From Promethearchaeota archaeon Loki_b32 (GTDB lineage Archaea; Asgardarchaeota; Lokiarchaeia; Sigyniarchaeales; SOKP01), in assembly GCA_005223125.1 (NCBI GenBank), contig NJBH01000007.1:64001-128000 (forward strand): 64,000 bases of DNA. Direction: 5' to 3'. Under the pieces are notes generated by a model that had not been told where the DNA came from, made no database searches, and worked only from the letters and a program-made list of their open reading frames with translations. The stretch's first letter is position 1. Each line of letters opens with the position of its first letter. A program made the translations under genes and the position numbers. Positions 1-10,063 of this stretch are shown here, piece by piece.

Positions 1-2
1 CA

Positions 3-896
3 CCAGGAACGAGAGTTGCTTTAAATCAAAGAACCTTCGCAATTATGGAGGTATTACCTACAAAATTAGATCCTTTTGTTAAAGGTATGGAAGTTATTGA
101 TTCTATTCCCGATATATCGTATGTAGATGTTGGAGGATTAGAAGAACAATTACTAGAGGTAAGAGAATGTGTAGAACTACCTTTAAAAAAACCTGAATTA
201 TTTAAAAAAATTGGTATTGAACCACCTAAAGGAGTTTTATTATTTGGTCCCCCAGGTACAGGAAAAACTTTATTAGCAAAAGCAGTCGCTCATGAAACAG
301 AAGCAACATTTATAAGAATTATTGGATCTGAATTAGTTCAAAAATTTATTGGTGAAGGTGCACGCTTAGTAAGAGAAATTTTTAATTTAGCTAAACAAAA
401 AGCCCCAACCATATTATTTATTGATGAATTAGATGCAATAGGTTCTCAAAGACTAAAGATAGCTACATCTGGAGATAGAGAAGTTCAAAGAACTCTTATG
501 CAATTATTAAGTGAATTGGATGGATTTGAAGAAAGAGGAGATGTAAAAATCATTGGTGCAACGAATAGAGTAGATATTTTAGATCCTGCATTATTGAGAC
601 CTGGTAGATTTGATCGTATGATTGATTTTCCAATTCCTGATGAAGAAGCTCGAGAAGCCATATTTAGAATTCACTCGAGAAATTTGAGTATTGAAGACCC
701 TTTAGATTTTAAAAGATTAGTAAATCTCACAGAAGGTGCAACAGGAGCTGATATTAAAGCAATTTGTACAGAAGCTGGAATGTTCGCTATTAGAAAAGAT
801 GCTGAAACGATAATCAATAAAGATTTTTTTGATGCTGTAAACAAAGTTATGAATAAAGTTAAAGACCAGTTTTTAGAATCTAGACTTTATTCTTAA
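3..896 (+). CDS. pan: Proteasome-activating nucleotidase (AAA+ ATPase), 5'-truncated by the window edge
   Basis: Frame is open upstream of 45 ([19 protein letters not shown]); Walker [30 protein letters not shown]-terminal HbYX (LYS). Confidence 0.95.
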   Translation, partial: PGTRVALNQRTFAIMEVLPTKLDPFVKGMEVIDSIPDISYVDVGGLEEQLLEVRECVELPLKKPELFKKIGIEPPKGVLLFGPPGTGKTLLAKAVAHETEATFIRIIGSELVQKFIGEGARLVREIFNLAKQKAPTILFIDELDAIGSQRLKIATSGDREVQRTLMQLLSELDGFEERGDVKIIGATNRVDILDPALLRPGRFDRMIDFPIPDEEAREAIFRIHSRNLSIEDPLDFKRLVNLTEGATGADIKAICTEAGMFAIRKDAETIINKDFFDAVNKVMNKVKDQFLESRLYS

Positions 897-968
897 TTTG
901 TAATATCTATAATTTATTATAATACACTTACTTTTCTTAAATTAAATAATTGCTTTATTAATTCTTTT

Positions 969-1460
969 ATGGAAACTGAAATTTTACTAGGTTTAAGGCA
1001 AATTAAAGCAATTTCAGATTATCAATTTGGGAAAGAAATTACTGATATCCTTTTTGATAACTTAGAACAGATTAATTTTAGAAGATCCCCAAAAACAAAT
1101 AAAATTAGGTATGTCTATTATGAGAATAACTTATTGCTTACACTACGACCTACAAATGGGTTTTTTACTTTAACTCTTTATTCAGCCAAAAAATTAATTA
1201 ATAGCACTACTCCTCCAAAATTAAGGGTTGTTGTGTTAAATGAAATTTCAGATTTTATTAAAGAAGGAAGAAACGTTTTTTGTAAACATGTTGTTGATAT
1301 TGATGACAATTTAAGACCGTTAGATGAAGTGATTGTAGTAAATCAAGATGATGAGTTGTTAAGTATTGGCAAATTAAAAATCCCTGTTTCTTATGCAAAA
1401 TCATTCTCTAAAGGCATCGCAGTAAGTGTAAGAAAAGGAATTAATAAAGCAAAAATTTAA
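969..1460 (+). CDS. PUA-domain RNA-binding protein (archaeosine TGT C-terminal-like)
   Basis: DYQFG N-terminus; GRNVFCKHV, RPLDEVIVV and VSVRKG PUA motifs. Confidence 0.85.
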   Translation: METEILLGLRQIKAISDYQFGKEITDILFDNLEQINFRRSPKTNKIRYVYYENNLLLTLRPTNGFFTLTLYSAKKLINSTTPPKLRVVVLNEISDFIKEGRNVFCKHVVDIDDNLRPLDEVIVVNQDDELLSIGKLKIPVSYAKSFSKGIAVSVRKGINKAKI

Positions 1461-1514
1461 ATCTCGAATTATTATATAATTTTAGAGATATAACAGAATT
1501 TAAAGTGAAGAATA

Positions 1515-1994
1515 GTGGTAAAATTACCAAAAGAAATGCAAAGTAAAGTAAAGAGTAAGCCTAAGCGTCCTCAACCCTCTGTTAAGCGAGATGGACAGCA
1601 ATTTGGTTCAAGACAAATGCGGAGAAGGATGGCACAACAAGGTGTAGATATGGAACCTATCGATGCTACAAGAGTTATTATAGAGGGCCCCGAAAAAACA
1701 ATGGTAATAGATCAACCCGAAGTTTTTCTGATGAAACAAGCGGGCCAAGAAATATATCAGGTAATAGGACAAGGAGAAGAGGTTTCTCCGGAGGATCTTA
1801 CAATTGAAAGTATGGAAGCAGAAATAGATATACCCGCTATAGAAGATTCTGAGATAAAACCTACGATAACAGAAAATGATATAATGCTAGTTGCTGCTCA
1901 AGCAAATGTAGATAAGAAAGAGGCAGAATCTGTTTTGAAAGAATGCAATGGAGACATAGCAAAAGCTATATTATTTTTAAAAAATAGACTTTAG
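1515..1994 (+). CDS. nac: Nascent polypeptide-associated complex protein
   Basis: RQMRRRMAQQG NAC domain; C-terminal UBA-like DIMLVAAQA..GDIAKAI. Confidence 0.9.
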   Translation: MVKLPKEMQSKVKSKPKRPQPSVKRDGQQFGSRQMRRRMAQQGVDMEPIDATRVIIEGPEKTMVIDQPEVFLMKQAGQEIYQVIGQGEEVSPEDLTIESMEAEIDIPAIEDSEIKPTITENDIMLVAAQANVDKKEAESVLKECNGDIAKAILFLKNRL

Positions 1995-2073
1995 AGTGTA
2001 AACGTAGGTTAAATGATAAAGATTAAGAATTATAGAATTTTTAATATTCAAAAAGCACACAATTAAATTTTAT

Positions 2074-2427
2074 ATGTCAAAAATTAAAAAAAAAAGATTT
2101 GAAACTGCATCTGAGATTTCTGAACTAGATGTGAAATTTTATAAAATTATTCAGTTTTCTGGTTGGTTATTTTTATTTACACTCATTGGATTTATGGGAG
2201 CTTGGATACTCTTAGACTCCATTTTAGAACTAATAGTTTTAGATCTAACGGCCATGACTTTTACTTTTATAATCTTTATCGGAACAAATTCAGCAATTAG
2301 TTTTGCGTTAGCTACAAAGATAAAAAGTAATAAAGCTGAAAAGCGAAAATTCTTTCTTGACTGGTTATTAGGAGAATTCTTATTCTGTACGTTGGCAATT
2401 TTTGCTGTTGCGGCATATGTATGGTAG
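2074..2427 (+). CDS. Hypothetical membrane protein (about 3 TM helices)
   Basis: Three hydrophobic segments. Confidence 0.6.
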   Translation: MSKIKKKRFETASEISELDVKFYKIIQFSGWLFLFTLIGFMGAWILLDSILELIVLDLTAMTFTFIIFIGTNSAISFALATKIKSNKAEKRKFFLDWLLGEFLFCTLAIFAVAAYVW

Positions 2428-2477
2428 AAAATTCTTTAAAATTATTCTCTTAATAAATAAGATTAGATTTTTTGTTG

Positions 2478-2804
2478 TTATTTATAGTCTTCTCTACATG
2501 GATTAAAAACATCAATCACTTCAGCAGTTTCTAATATTATTGCTCCATGCTTTTCATTAGAATCAAAAACATAACTATCTCCTTCTTTAACTATAAATTC
2601 GCCATTCTCTGTTATAAATTTAAGTTTACCTTTTATAACATATCCAATTTGGTGTTCCTTATGACTATGGATGGGGACTTCAGCATTTTCTTCAAGTGTA
2701 AAATGACATAACATTAAAGAATCATTATATAATAAAGTTCTTCGAAAAATCCCTTCTAAAGCTTCTATAGGCGGAATATTTTGTTTGCTTTCAAAATTTG
2801 CCAT
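2478..2804 (-). CDS. Cupin-domain protein
   Basis: HSH..EHQIGYVIKG..GDSYVF..NEKH cupin motifs. Confidence 0.9.
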   Translation of the reverse strand: MANFESKQNIPPIEALEGIFRRTLLYNDSLMLCHFTLEENAEVPIHSHKEHQIGYVIKGKLKFITENGEFIVKEGDSYVFDSNEKHGAIILETAEVIDVFNPCREDYK

Positions 2805-3144
2805 ATTAAAGGTTCACTTTTAGATATTTCAATCATAATTTTTTATTTAAATATACTTAGTATTACTTCTTATAAAGTTTTTACAGTAAAATCTTAGAAA
2901 AATTGAGAATTTCTTCGACATAAATTTATATCCTTTATAATCACAGAATTAATAAATTAGAAATTGAAATGTCTCCAAAAAATTAAGAACCTCATCGTTA
3001 TTTTTTTAAGCAGCTTTTTAACTAGCAAATAAAGTGTTAATAAAATAAGTTTAAATTGGAAAAACAAATAAATTTTTATATCAAAAGAGGTAAAATATTA
3101 ACGATAATAAACAATTAATAATTCTCTAAATTCAGTTCATATTA

Positions 3145-3162
3145 CCGACAAAACTTTTTAAT
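3145..3162 (+). promoter_or_regulatory. Putative BRE/TATA promoter of nrdD
   Basis: CCGACAAAAC-TTTTTAAT; similar elements at 2916-2930, 51466-51481 and 51988-52002. Confidence 0.5.
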
Positions 3163-3231
3163 CAAAATTAGTATATAATTTCACTATTTAAAAATTAATT
3201 ATTTAAAAATTGATAAAGGGGTATACTTACA

Positions 3232-5367
3232 TTGGTATTGGTATCAAATTCTGAACCTACAAAAGAAAAGGAAGTTAAAAATATAAATCGCAAATATTTA
3301 ACTAAATTATTACCAAAAGTTTTTAGAACAGAAGGTGATGTAGTACCCTTCGATCTTGTTAAAATAGAACAAAGCCTAATAAATGAGACGGGTTTAGACC
3401 AAGATTCAGTTGCTATGATCACTGAATTAGTAGTTAGAAGAATAATCTCGTCTGGAATACGATTTTTATCAGGTCCTCATATAAGAGAGATTGTGTGCTC
3501 TATCTTATCTGAGCAACATTTTGAAGAAGAACGTAAATTATATACAAGGATTGGAATGCCTTTAATGGATTATGAAGCAATTTTAGAGTATGGAGTAGAT
3601 GAAAATGCAAATCAAGATATGAACCCTGAAAGTATTCATCACTGGGCTGCAAATAGAATATCAGATGAATATGCTCTTTTAAGGATATTAAATTCTGAGG
3701 AAGCTCATGCTCATTTGTTTGGTGATATCCATGTACATATGTTAAGATACTTTGATTTAAGACCGTTTTGTCAAGAATGGGATCCACGAATGGTTCTGGA
3801 ACATGGATTACCCCCTGTTGAGAGTTGGGCACACTGTAGTAAATCAGGTCCTGCAGGAAGCTTACGTGTGGCGGTAACTCATCTTGCTAAATGGCTTGGT
3901 ATTATTCAAGGTGAATTTAGTGGCGGACAAGGATATGATTATATAACTACGTTTTTAGCACCATATGCTCGTGGTCTTTCTAATAGAGAAATTGAACAAT
4001 CAATGCAATGTCTAATATTTGAGACAAATCAAATCTTTGCTGCTCGAGGAGGACAGGTACCATTTACTTCAATTTCTTGTACTCCTACTATCCCTGATGG
4101 TCTATTGAATATTCCTGCTGTTGGTCCGCATGGAAATTTAACTGGAACTTATGGAGATTATAAAGAAGAATGCCTTAAACTTTTTGATGCTTTAACTGAT
4201 GTGTATATTCAAGGTGACTATAATGGGAAGCTTTTTGCATTTCCAAAACATGAGATTAAAATTAAGAAGGAATGGTTGCGAGAATTTGAACCATCTTATT
4301 TGAAAATAATGGAAGAAGTAGCAACTATGGGGACGCCATATTTCCTTAACATGTGTCCAGATTGGATGCCAGATGAAATTCACAGTCAATGCTGCAGGAA
4401 ATTTCTAAGTGGAAATCAAATTATTGAACAGTGTATTCTTGATCCTGAAAAACGGAAAAATGCTAACGTTTGGGAAAATTATGTTACCATTGGATCACTA
4501 CAAAGTGTTAGTTTAAATCTTCCTCGGTATGCTTATTTATCTAAAAATGAGGATGATTATTTTACAATATTGGATAAGAAAATTGAACTTTCTGCGAGAA
4601 TTTTACGAAAAAAGTGGAATTTGATGGAGAGAAGATTGAAAACTGGACACTTACCTCTATGTAGTGGTAAAATAAATGGTAAACCGATTTTTAATATAAA
4701 TGATCAGAACCTATCGATAGGATTTACTGGATTAAATGAGGCTGTGAAAAGTCTAACTGGATATGAATTACATGAAACTGATACTTCATATAATTTAGGA
4801 AAGAAAATATTGAATTATATGGTCGCAAAGTGTAATACCATGACAGAAAGAGATAAAAAATATTACTCTCTATGGGAACAGCCAGCAGAATCAACAAGTA
4901 ACCGTCTTGCACGATTAGATTTAAAACATTTTCCTAAAAAAGCCATAGTGCAATCATCTGGTAAATCAGCTTATTACACTAATTCTGACCATTTTAGGTA
5001 TGATGCTGAAATCCCATTATCAGACCGTATTAAGAAACAAGGTGATCTTCATCCAATTGTAAACGGGGGTGTTATTACACATATTTGGTTAGGGGAACAA
5101 AAACCCGATATTAAGGGTTTATGGGAACTTACAAAAAATATTTGTCTTAATACAAACACAGCTTATTTTGCTTATACACCAGATTTTACTTTCTGTCCTC
5201 ATTGCAGAAAGATGTTCAGAGGCGGAAGCTTTATATGTCCTCAATGTAATTCAGGAGATGTAAAAGTATATTCAAGAGTTACAGGATATTATAGTGAAGT
5301 AAATAGATACAATCCAGGAAAAATAGCAGAATGGAAAGCTCGTAAACGAGAAAATTTATTTAATTAG
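3232..5367 (+). CDS. nrdD: Class III anaerobic ribonucleoside-triphosphate reductase
   Basis: N-terminal ATP cone, HLFGDIHVH, QCCR finger loop, PAES, YYTNS, CPHC..CPQC Zn site, glycyl radical motif SRVTGYY. Confidence 0.95.
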   Translation: MVLVSNSEPTKEKEVKNINRKYLTKLLPKVFRTEGDVVPFDLVKIEQSLINETGLDQDSVAMITELVVRRIISSGIRFLSGPHIREIVCSILSEQHFEEERKLYTRIGMPLMDYEAILEYGVDENANQDMNPESIHHWAANRISDEYALLRILNSEEAHAHLFGDIHVHMLRYFDLRPFCQEWDPRMVLEHGLPPVESWAHCSKSGPAGSLRVAVTHLAKWLGIIQGEFSGGQGYDYITTFLAPYARGLSNREIEQSMQCLIFETNQIFAARGGQVPFTSISCTPTIPDGLLNIPAVGPHGNLTGTYGDYKEECLKLFDALTDVYIQGDYNGKLFAFPKHEIKIKKEWLREFEPSYLKIMEEVATMGTPYFLNMCPDWMPDEIHSQCCRKFLSGNQIIEQCILDPEKRKNANVWENYVTIGSLQSVSLNLPRYAYLSKNEDDYFTILDKKIELSARILRKKWNLMERRLKTGHLPLCSGKINGKPIFNINDQNLSIGFTGLNEAVKSLTGYELHETDTSYNLGKKILNYMVAKCNTMTERDKKYYSLWEQPAESTSNRLARLDLKHFPKKAIVQSSGKSAYYTNSDHFRYDAEIPLSDRIKKQGDLHPIVNGGVITHIWLGEQKPDIKGLWELTKNICLNTNTAYFAYTPDFTFCPHCRKMFRGGSFICPQCNSGDVKVYSRVTGYYSEVNRYNPGKIAEWKARKRENLFN

Positions 5368-5497
5368 CTTTTTTTATTTTATTTTTAATTCTAATTGGAT
5401 TCAATAGTTTTATACTAAATTCTGACCTTAAGAAAGTTAAAAAATATTTTTCTGTTTTTTAATTTGAGTTTTTAAATCATTAAAAAATATTATACTT

Positions 5498-5815
5498 ATG
5501 TCTGAGAAGAGTTCTCTTAAAGATATCCAACGTATTATACATGATTGGATCATCAAACATGGAGGTTACTGGACTCCATTAGCAATGTTATCTGCTGTTA
5601 TAGAAGAAGTTGGCGAATTAGCAAAAGAAATTAACCATCTTGAAGGATATAAACCAAAAAAAAATAATATTAAAGAAGCTAAGGTTGGTGAGGAACTAGC
5701 CGACATTATTTATGCTGTAGTATGTATTGCAAATTATTATAAAATTGATTTAAATACCGAATTAAAGAATGTGATTGAAAAATATTCAGAGAGAGACTCA
5801 AATCGTTTTACTTAA
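5498..5815 (+). CDS. MazG-like nucleotide pyrophosphohydrolase (YpjD type)
   Basis: EEVGELAKEI..EELAD..RDSNRF. Confidence 0.9.
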   Translation: MSEKSSLKDIQRIIHDWIIKHGGYWTPLAMLSAVIEEVGELAKEINHLEGYKPKKNNIKEAKVGEELADIIYAVVCIANYYKIDLNTELKNVIEKYSERDSNRFT

Positions 5816-5997
5816 ACGAATGGTTAGTTTATGAGGCAATTAAATATACGAATCATGTATTTCATTAATCCGAAAAAAAAAATTTGTAGTTTTATTATGA
5901 TCATTGTTCTTATTTGAAAAATTTTAATTATTTAGAATGTTCTAATTGTTAAAAAAATCAGAAAGATAATAAACACAAATAAATTAATACAAAAAAG

Positions 5998-7176
5998 ATG
6001 CAGGAAAAGGGTCTAGAGAAACAGGAAATACTTAGGATATTGGAAAAGAAATTGGAGAAAGATTTTTCATATAGCACAGGTTCAGTTTTAGGATCGATGT
6101 GTACTGAACCTTTAGATTTGGGTGTAGAGATTTATATGAAATATATATCTAAAAATCTCGGAGATCCTGGATTATTTTTAGGAACCGCTGCCTTAGAAGA
6201 AGAGTTAGTTTCTGAAATTGGCAAACTATTTAATGAAAAAAACATAATAGGAACCTTCACTACTGGAGGCTCAGAAGCAAACCTAATAGCAATGAGGATT
6301 GCTAAAAAATTAAGACCAGATATCAAAAGCCCGGAAGTTGTAGTTCCTTGTTCTGCTCATATTTCTTTTGATAAAGCAGCAGATTTACTTGGAATTAAGC
6401 TAAGAAAGGCAACATTAAATGATAATTTTGAATTAAATCTAACCCATTTTGAATCACTTATAAATAGAAATACATGTGGTGTTGTAGGAATTGCAGGAAC
6501 TACATCATTAGGCTTAATTGATCCAATAGAAGAGATTGGAACACTTATTAAAGATAAAGATATATTTTTTCATATCGACGCTGCATTTGGAGGATTTATA
6601 TTACCTTTTTTAAAAAAATTGAACTATACAATACCCGCATGGGATTTTTCTGTAAATGCTGTTGATTCAATAACAGCAGATCCACATAAAATGGGATTAG
6701 GAATTATACCTTCTGGAGGATTTTTTTTAAGAGATCCCTCAATTTTACAAAAAATAGGATTTGAAATTCCTTATCTAGCTGGAGGGAATTTTAAGCATTT
6801 CCATATTGTAGGGACTAGATCTGGAGGAACAGTTATAGCATTTTGGGCAATTTTAAAATCATTAGGATTCAACGGTTTTGTAAAAATCGTAAAAAGGTGT
6901 ATGGACAATACGAAGTATTTATCTAGCCAAATCAATGATATTACAGGAATTAAACTTGTAACTAATCCAGTAACTAATGTTGTAGGTATTACAACTGAAA
7001 GTGGTGAGAGTATTTGTAAAATTGATGAGGATTTACGAAAAAGAAATTGGATGTTAGGAAAATTTGAAGAGTTCAATCTAATTAGAGTAGTCATTATGCC
7101 TCACGTCCAAAAATCCCATTTACAAAATTTTATTGAAGATTTAACGAAAATCATAAAAAAGTTGAAAATTACCTAG
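5998..7176 (+). CDS. mfnA: PLP-dependent tyrosine/aspartate decarboxylase
   Basis: LGSMCT, NLGDPGLF, GGSEAN, HIDAAFGG, DPHK PLP lysine, GTRSG. Confidence 0.9.
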   Translation: MQEKGLEKQEILRILEKKLEKDFSYSTGSVLGSMCTEPLDLGVEIYMKYISKNLGDPGLFLGTAALEEELVSEIGKLFNEKNIIGTFTTGGSEANLIAMRIAKKLRPDIKSPEVVVPCSAHISFDKAADLLGIKLRKATLNDNFELNLTHFESLINRNTCGVVGIAGTTSLGLIDPIEEIGTLIKDKDIFFHIDAAFGGFILPFLKKLNYTIPAWDFSVNAVDSITADPHKMGLGIIPSGGFFLRDPSILQKIGFEIPYLAGGNFKHFHIVGTRSGGTVIAFWAILKSLGFNGFVKIVKRCMDNTKYLSSQINDITGIKLVTNPVTNVVGITTESGESICKIDEDLRKRNWMLGKFEEFNLIRVVIMPHVQKSHLQNFIEDLTKIIKKLKIT

Positions 7177-7360
7177 AAGATATTTTTGATATTCATTTGT
7201 TATGTAAAACCCTAATATTTTTCTTCCCTAATCATGCAAAATTCTTAAATTACCCTTTTTACTAGTGTATTTAGAAAAAAAATATATTTAAGACTAATTA
7301 CTATTTAATTATTAGTAAGATTTTTCGGGAGTTTAATTTCAAAAACTTGGAATTAACATT

Positions 7361-8134
7361 ATGGGCAAAGAAAAAAAAACATTAGGAATAAAAACAACAA
7401 GGTATTTTACAAAGAATTGTTCTAAGTGCGATTTTGAATATCCTAATTGGTTTACTAATTGTCCTAAATGCGGAGCAGCTTGGGACGACAGTGAAATAAT
7501 ACCTGCTACAAAAGAAGCTCATAAAAAAACTATTAAAATTGTTGTAAAAATTACTGAAGAGGATTTTAATAAAGCCCTCTCATATGTAAATTTAATTTTT
7601 AGTGCTGATCAAGGTAGATCATGGTATCAAATGGAAATGGATGCGAAATTGGATTATTTTATTGCTGAAATCGCTGAAATTCCCATCGGATCGACTATAA
7701 TCTATTATATTGAAGTTTATTTAGAAAATGGAGAAAAAATCATCGAAAATAATGATGAAAATTACTTCTTTTATAAAGTAGGAGTTCCAATTGGAGAATC
7801 TGAAAAAGAACCTCAAAAACAAGAGAGCAAAGATTTGAATAAAAGGATTAAAGAAACATCTATTAAACCCCAAAAATATCAGAAACCTACATTAGAAGTC
7901 CCAAAACAAAAAAATCATGTTACTCGAGATATGGTTGAACAATCTACTCAAGTTCCTCAAGAAATAATTAAAACTCCAGAACAAAATAGTTCTGCCGGTT
8001 ATGAAACAAATGAATCAACGATATTCGGACGACCACAAACTAAAATTGATCCTGAATTAAAAGTGTGCATTCATTGTAATTCAAAAATTAAAATGATGTG
8101 GAGCACATGCCCTATCTGTGGAAAAAATCTCTAA
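7361..8134 (+). CDS. Hypothetical protein with N- and C-terminal Zn ribbons
   Basis: CSKC..CPKCG and CIHC..CPICG. Confidence 0.7.
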   Translation: MGKEKKTLGIKTTRYFTKNCSKCDFEYPNWFTNCPKCGAAWDDSEIIPATKEAHKKTIKIVVKITEEDFNKALSYVNLIFSADQGRSWYQMEMDAKLDYFIAEIAEIPIGSTIIYYIEVYLENGEKIIENNDENYFFYKVGVPIGESEKEPQKQESKDLNKRIKETSIKPQKYQKPTLEVPKQKNHVTRDMVEQSTQVPQEIIKTPEQNSSAGYETNESTIFGRPQTKIDPELKVCIHCNSKIKMMWSTCPICGKNL

Positions 8135-8228
8135 TTTAATTTATAAAACTTCATAAAATTTCTAATCTTAAAATAATCTTCTTTAAAACAAATTTAAACA
8201 AAAGTATATTTAATTTTAGGATTAATAA

Positions 8229-9869
8229 TCATAATTGAGAACCGCATTTATTACAAAATGTGTAATCAGATGATAATATCGCACCACACTGTTTGCAAAT
8301 TATAATTTCTTTTCCAGAAGCTTTTTGTGCTTTTGGTTGAGCTGGTGCTGTTGTTTGAGTTGAAGTGAAAGTAGTTGGTTTGGACTCTAAATCTGAAACA
8401 TTTGGAATGATTCTCAATTTACTCGTTTCTTGAGTTTCAGTTTCTTTTTGTGCAATAAATGGAACAAAAGCTTCAACAGAAGTTTTTTCTGTGTCATCTC
8501 CTTTTTGGGATAATGTTTGAAAAAGTGAGGGCGTACTAGTCGTTCCTGTTGTTGGAGGGGTTTGTGTTGAAACAGCAGGTTTGGCTTGTATTGGTTCAAC
8601 TTTCTTTTCTTTTTTAGGTTTCTCCTTCTTCTTCTCTTTCTTTACTTTTTTCATTTCCTCCAATAATTTCTCTTGTCTCTCTTTTTCTTCTTGAAGTTTT
8701 TTCTCCTTTTCTTCTTTCTTCTTTTGTTTTTCTAATTTCTTCTTATCTTTCTTGGAATAAATTGGTTCAGGTAGATAGTCCATTAAAGAATCTGATTTAG
8801 TTTCTGTAGTCCCACTTGAAGGAAAATTTTGAGTTGAAGAAAATCCTTGAGTAGATTGAAATTTCTCAGGAGCAGGAGCAGGAACGGGTACATTATTTGT
8901 AAAAGGAATCGCTTTTGGTTTATATGTTTCTTCTCTACTAGGAAAAACAGTTGGCTGAGAGGGAGTGTATTGCGGTTGATCTGGTTTTTCATCAGTTAAT
9001 ATATCCTCAGGTGCCTTAAATTCAAATTCAACAGGTTGTACTGATGATGTGTCGATTTGTGTCTCTGGTAAAGGTATTTCAGGTTCAAATTCGGGTTCTT
9101 GTGATTCCATTTTTACTGGTTCTGGAACGGGAGGAGCCTCATATTCGAATTCAGGTTCTGGTTCAAATGTTGAAGTTGATTTATATATTTGAGAAGATGT
9201 AGGCTCTGGAACGGGAGGAGCAGCATAATCAATTTCAGGTTCTATTCTATGTAAAGAAGTTGGAACTGTTCCTGTAGCCGTAATTGGAATTTGACCAGGA
9301 CTGAATACAATTCCTTTAGAGATTAACTGATCAGGAACTCCTGAACCAATCATTAAACACGCTAAAATGTAAAAGCAATCACCAACACCTTCTCCCGTCT
9401 TTGCTGAAGTTTCCATATAATATAAATTAAAATTACGTGTGAAATTATTTATTTCTTCTAAATTAACAGCTCTTAGATCAATTAAATCACTCTTATTTCC
9501 AACTAATAGTAAAGGGATCTCGGTTTTCACATTTGCTCTAACTTCTTCGATCCATTGAGGTAAATGTTCGAAGCTTGCAGCATTTGTAAGATCAAATATT
9601 AATAGCGTTCCTAAAGATCCTCTATAATACATTGGTCTAATTGAGCTAAATCGTTCTTGTCCACCTGTATCCCATATCTGAAGCTTTGCACGAATAGGAC
9701 CTTCAACAGAATCGATATTAATCGTTTTTACATGAAAATCCACACCTATAGTCATCTTGTAATCTTCAGTGAAAAAGCCTTTAGAAAATCGAAGAGTTAG
9801 CGCTGTCTTACCAACCCCGCCGTCTCCTACGACAATCGATTTAAAGAGGTAATCATATTCTTCAGCCAT
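8229..9869 (-). CDS. Rab-like small GTPase with long Pro/Glu-rich, Lys-rich and Zn-ribbon extension
   Basis: YDYLFK, GDGGVGKT, TIGVDF, WDTGGQERF, YYRG, NKSD, ETSAK; C-terminal CKQC..CNKC. Confidence 0.92.
   Translation of the reverse strand: MAEEYDYLFKSIVVGDGGVGKTALTLRFSKGFFTEDYKMTIGVDFHVKTINIDSVEGPIRAKLQIWDTGGQERFSSIRPMYYRGSLGTLLIFDLTNAASFEHLPQWIEEVRANVKTEIPLLLVGNKSDLIDLRAVNLEEINNFTRNFNLYYMETSAKTGEGVGDCFYILACLMIGSGVPDQLISKGIVFSPGQIPITATGTVPTSLHRIEPEIDYAAPPVPEPTSSQIYKSTSTFEPEPEFEYEAPPVPEPVKMESQEPEFEPEIPLPETQIDTSSVQPVEFEFKAPEDILTDEKPDQPQYTPSQPTVFPSREETYKPKAIPFTNNVPVPAPAPEKFQSTQGFSSTQNFPSSGTTETKSDSLMDYLPEPIYSKKDKKKLEKQKKKEEKEKKLQEEKERQEKLLEEMKKVKKEKKKEKPKKEKKVEPIQAKPAVSTQTPPTTGTTSTPSLFQTLSQKGDDTEKTSVEAFVPFIAQKETETQETSKLRIIPNVSDLESKPTTFTSTQTTAPAQPKAQKASGKEIIICKQCGAILSSDYTFCNKCGSQL
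9121..9221. repeat. Intragenic direct repeat (17 bp identical core, 84-bp spacing) encoding APPVPEP
   Basis: TCTGGAACGGGAGGAGC at 9121-9137 and 9205-9221. Confidence 0.85.
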
Positions 9870-10063
9870 TACATATTCCCACTTTACGTTTCAAATAAAT
9901 ATATATTGAGTAGTTTTTAAAAATGTTCGAGCTATTATATATTATAACTATAAATACAAATTTATAATTTTATTTATAAAAATGAAATTCCGTTATTTTA
10001 CTAATAATTAAGTAAGATATCATTATAATATAAATTTTAAAACTAAGAAGATAAGTATAAAAC

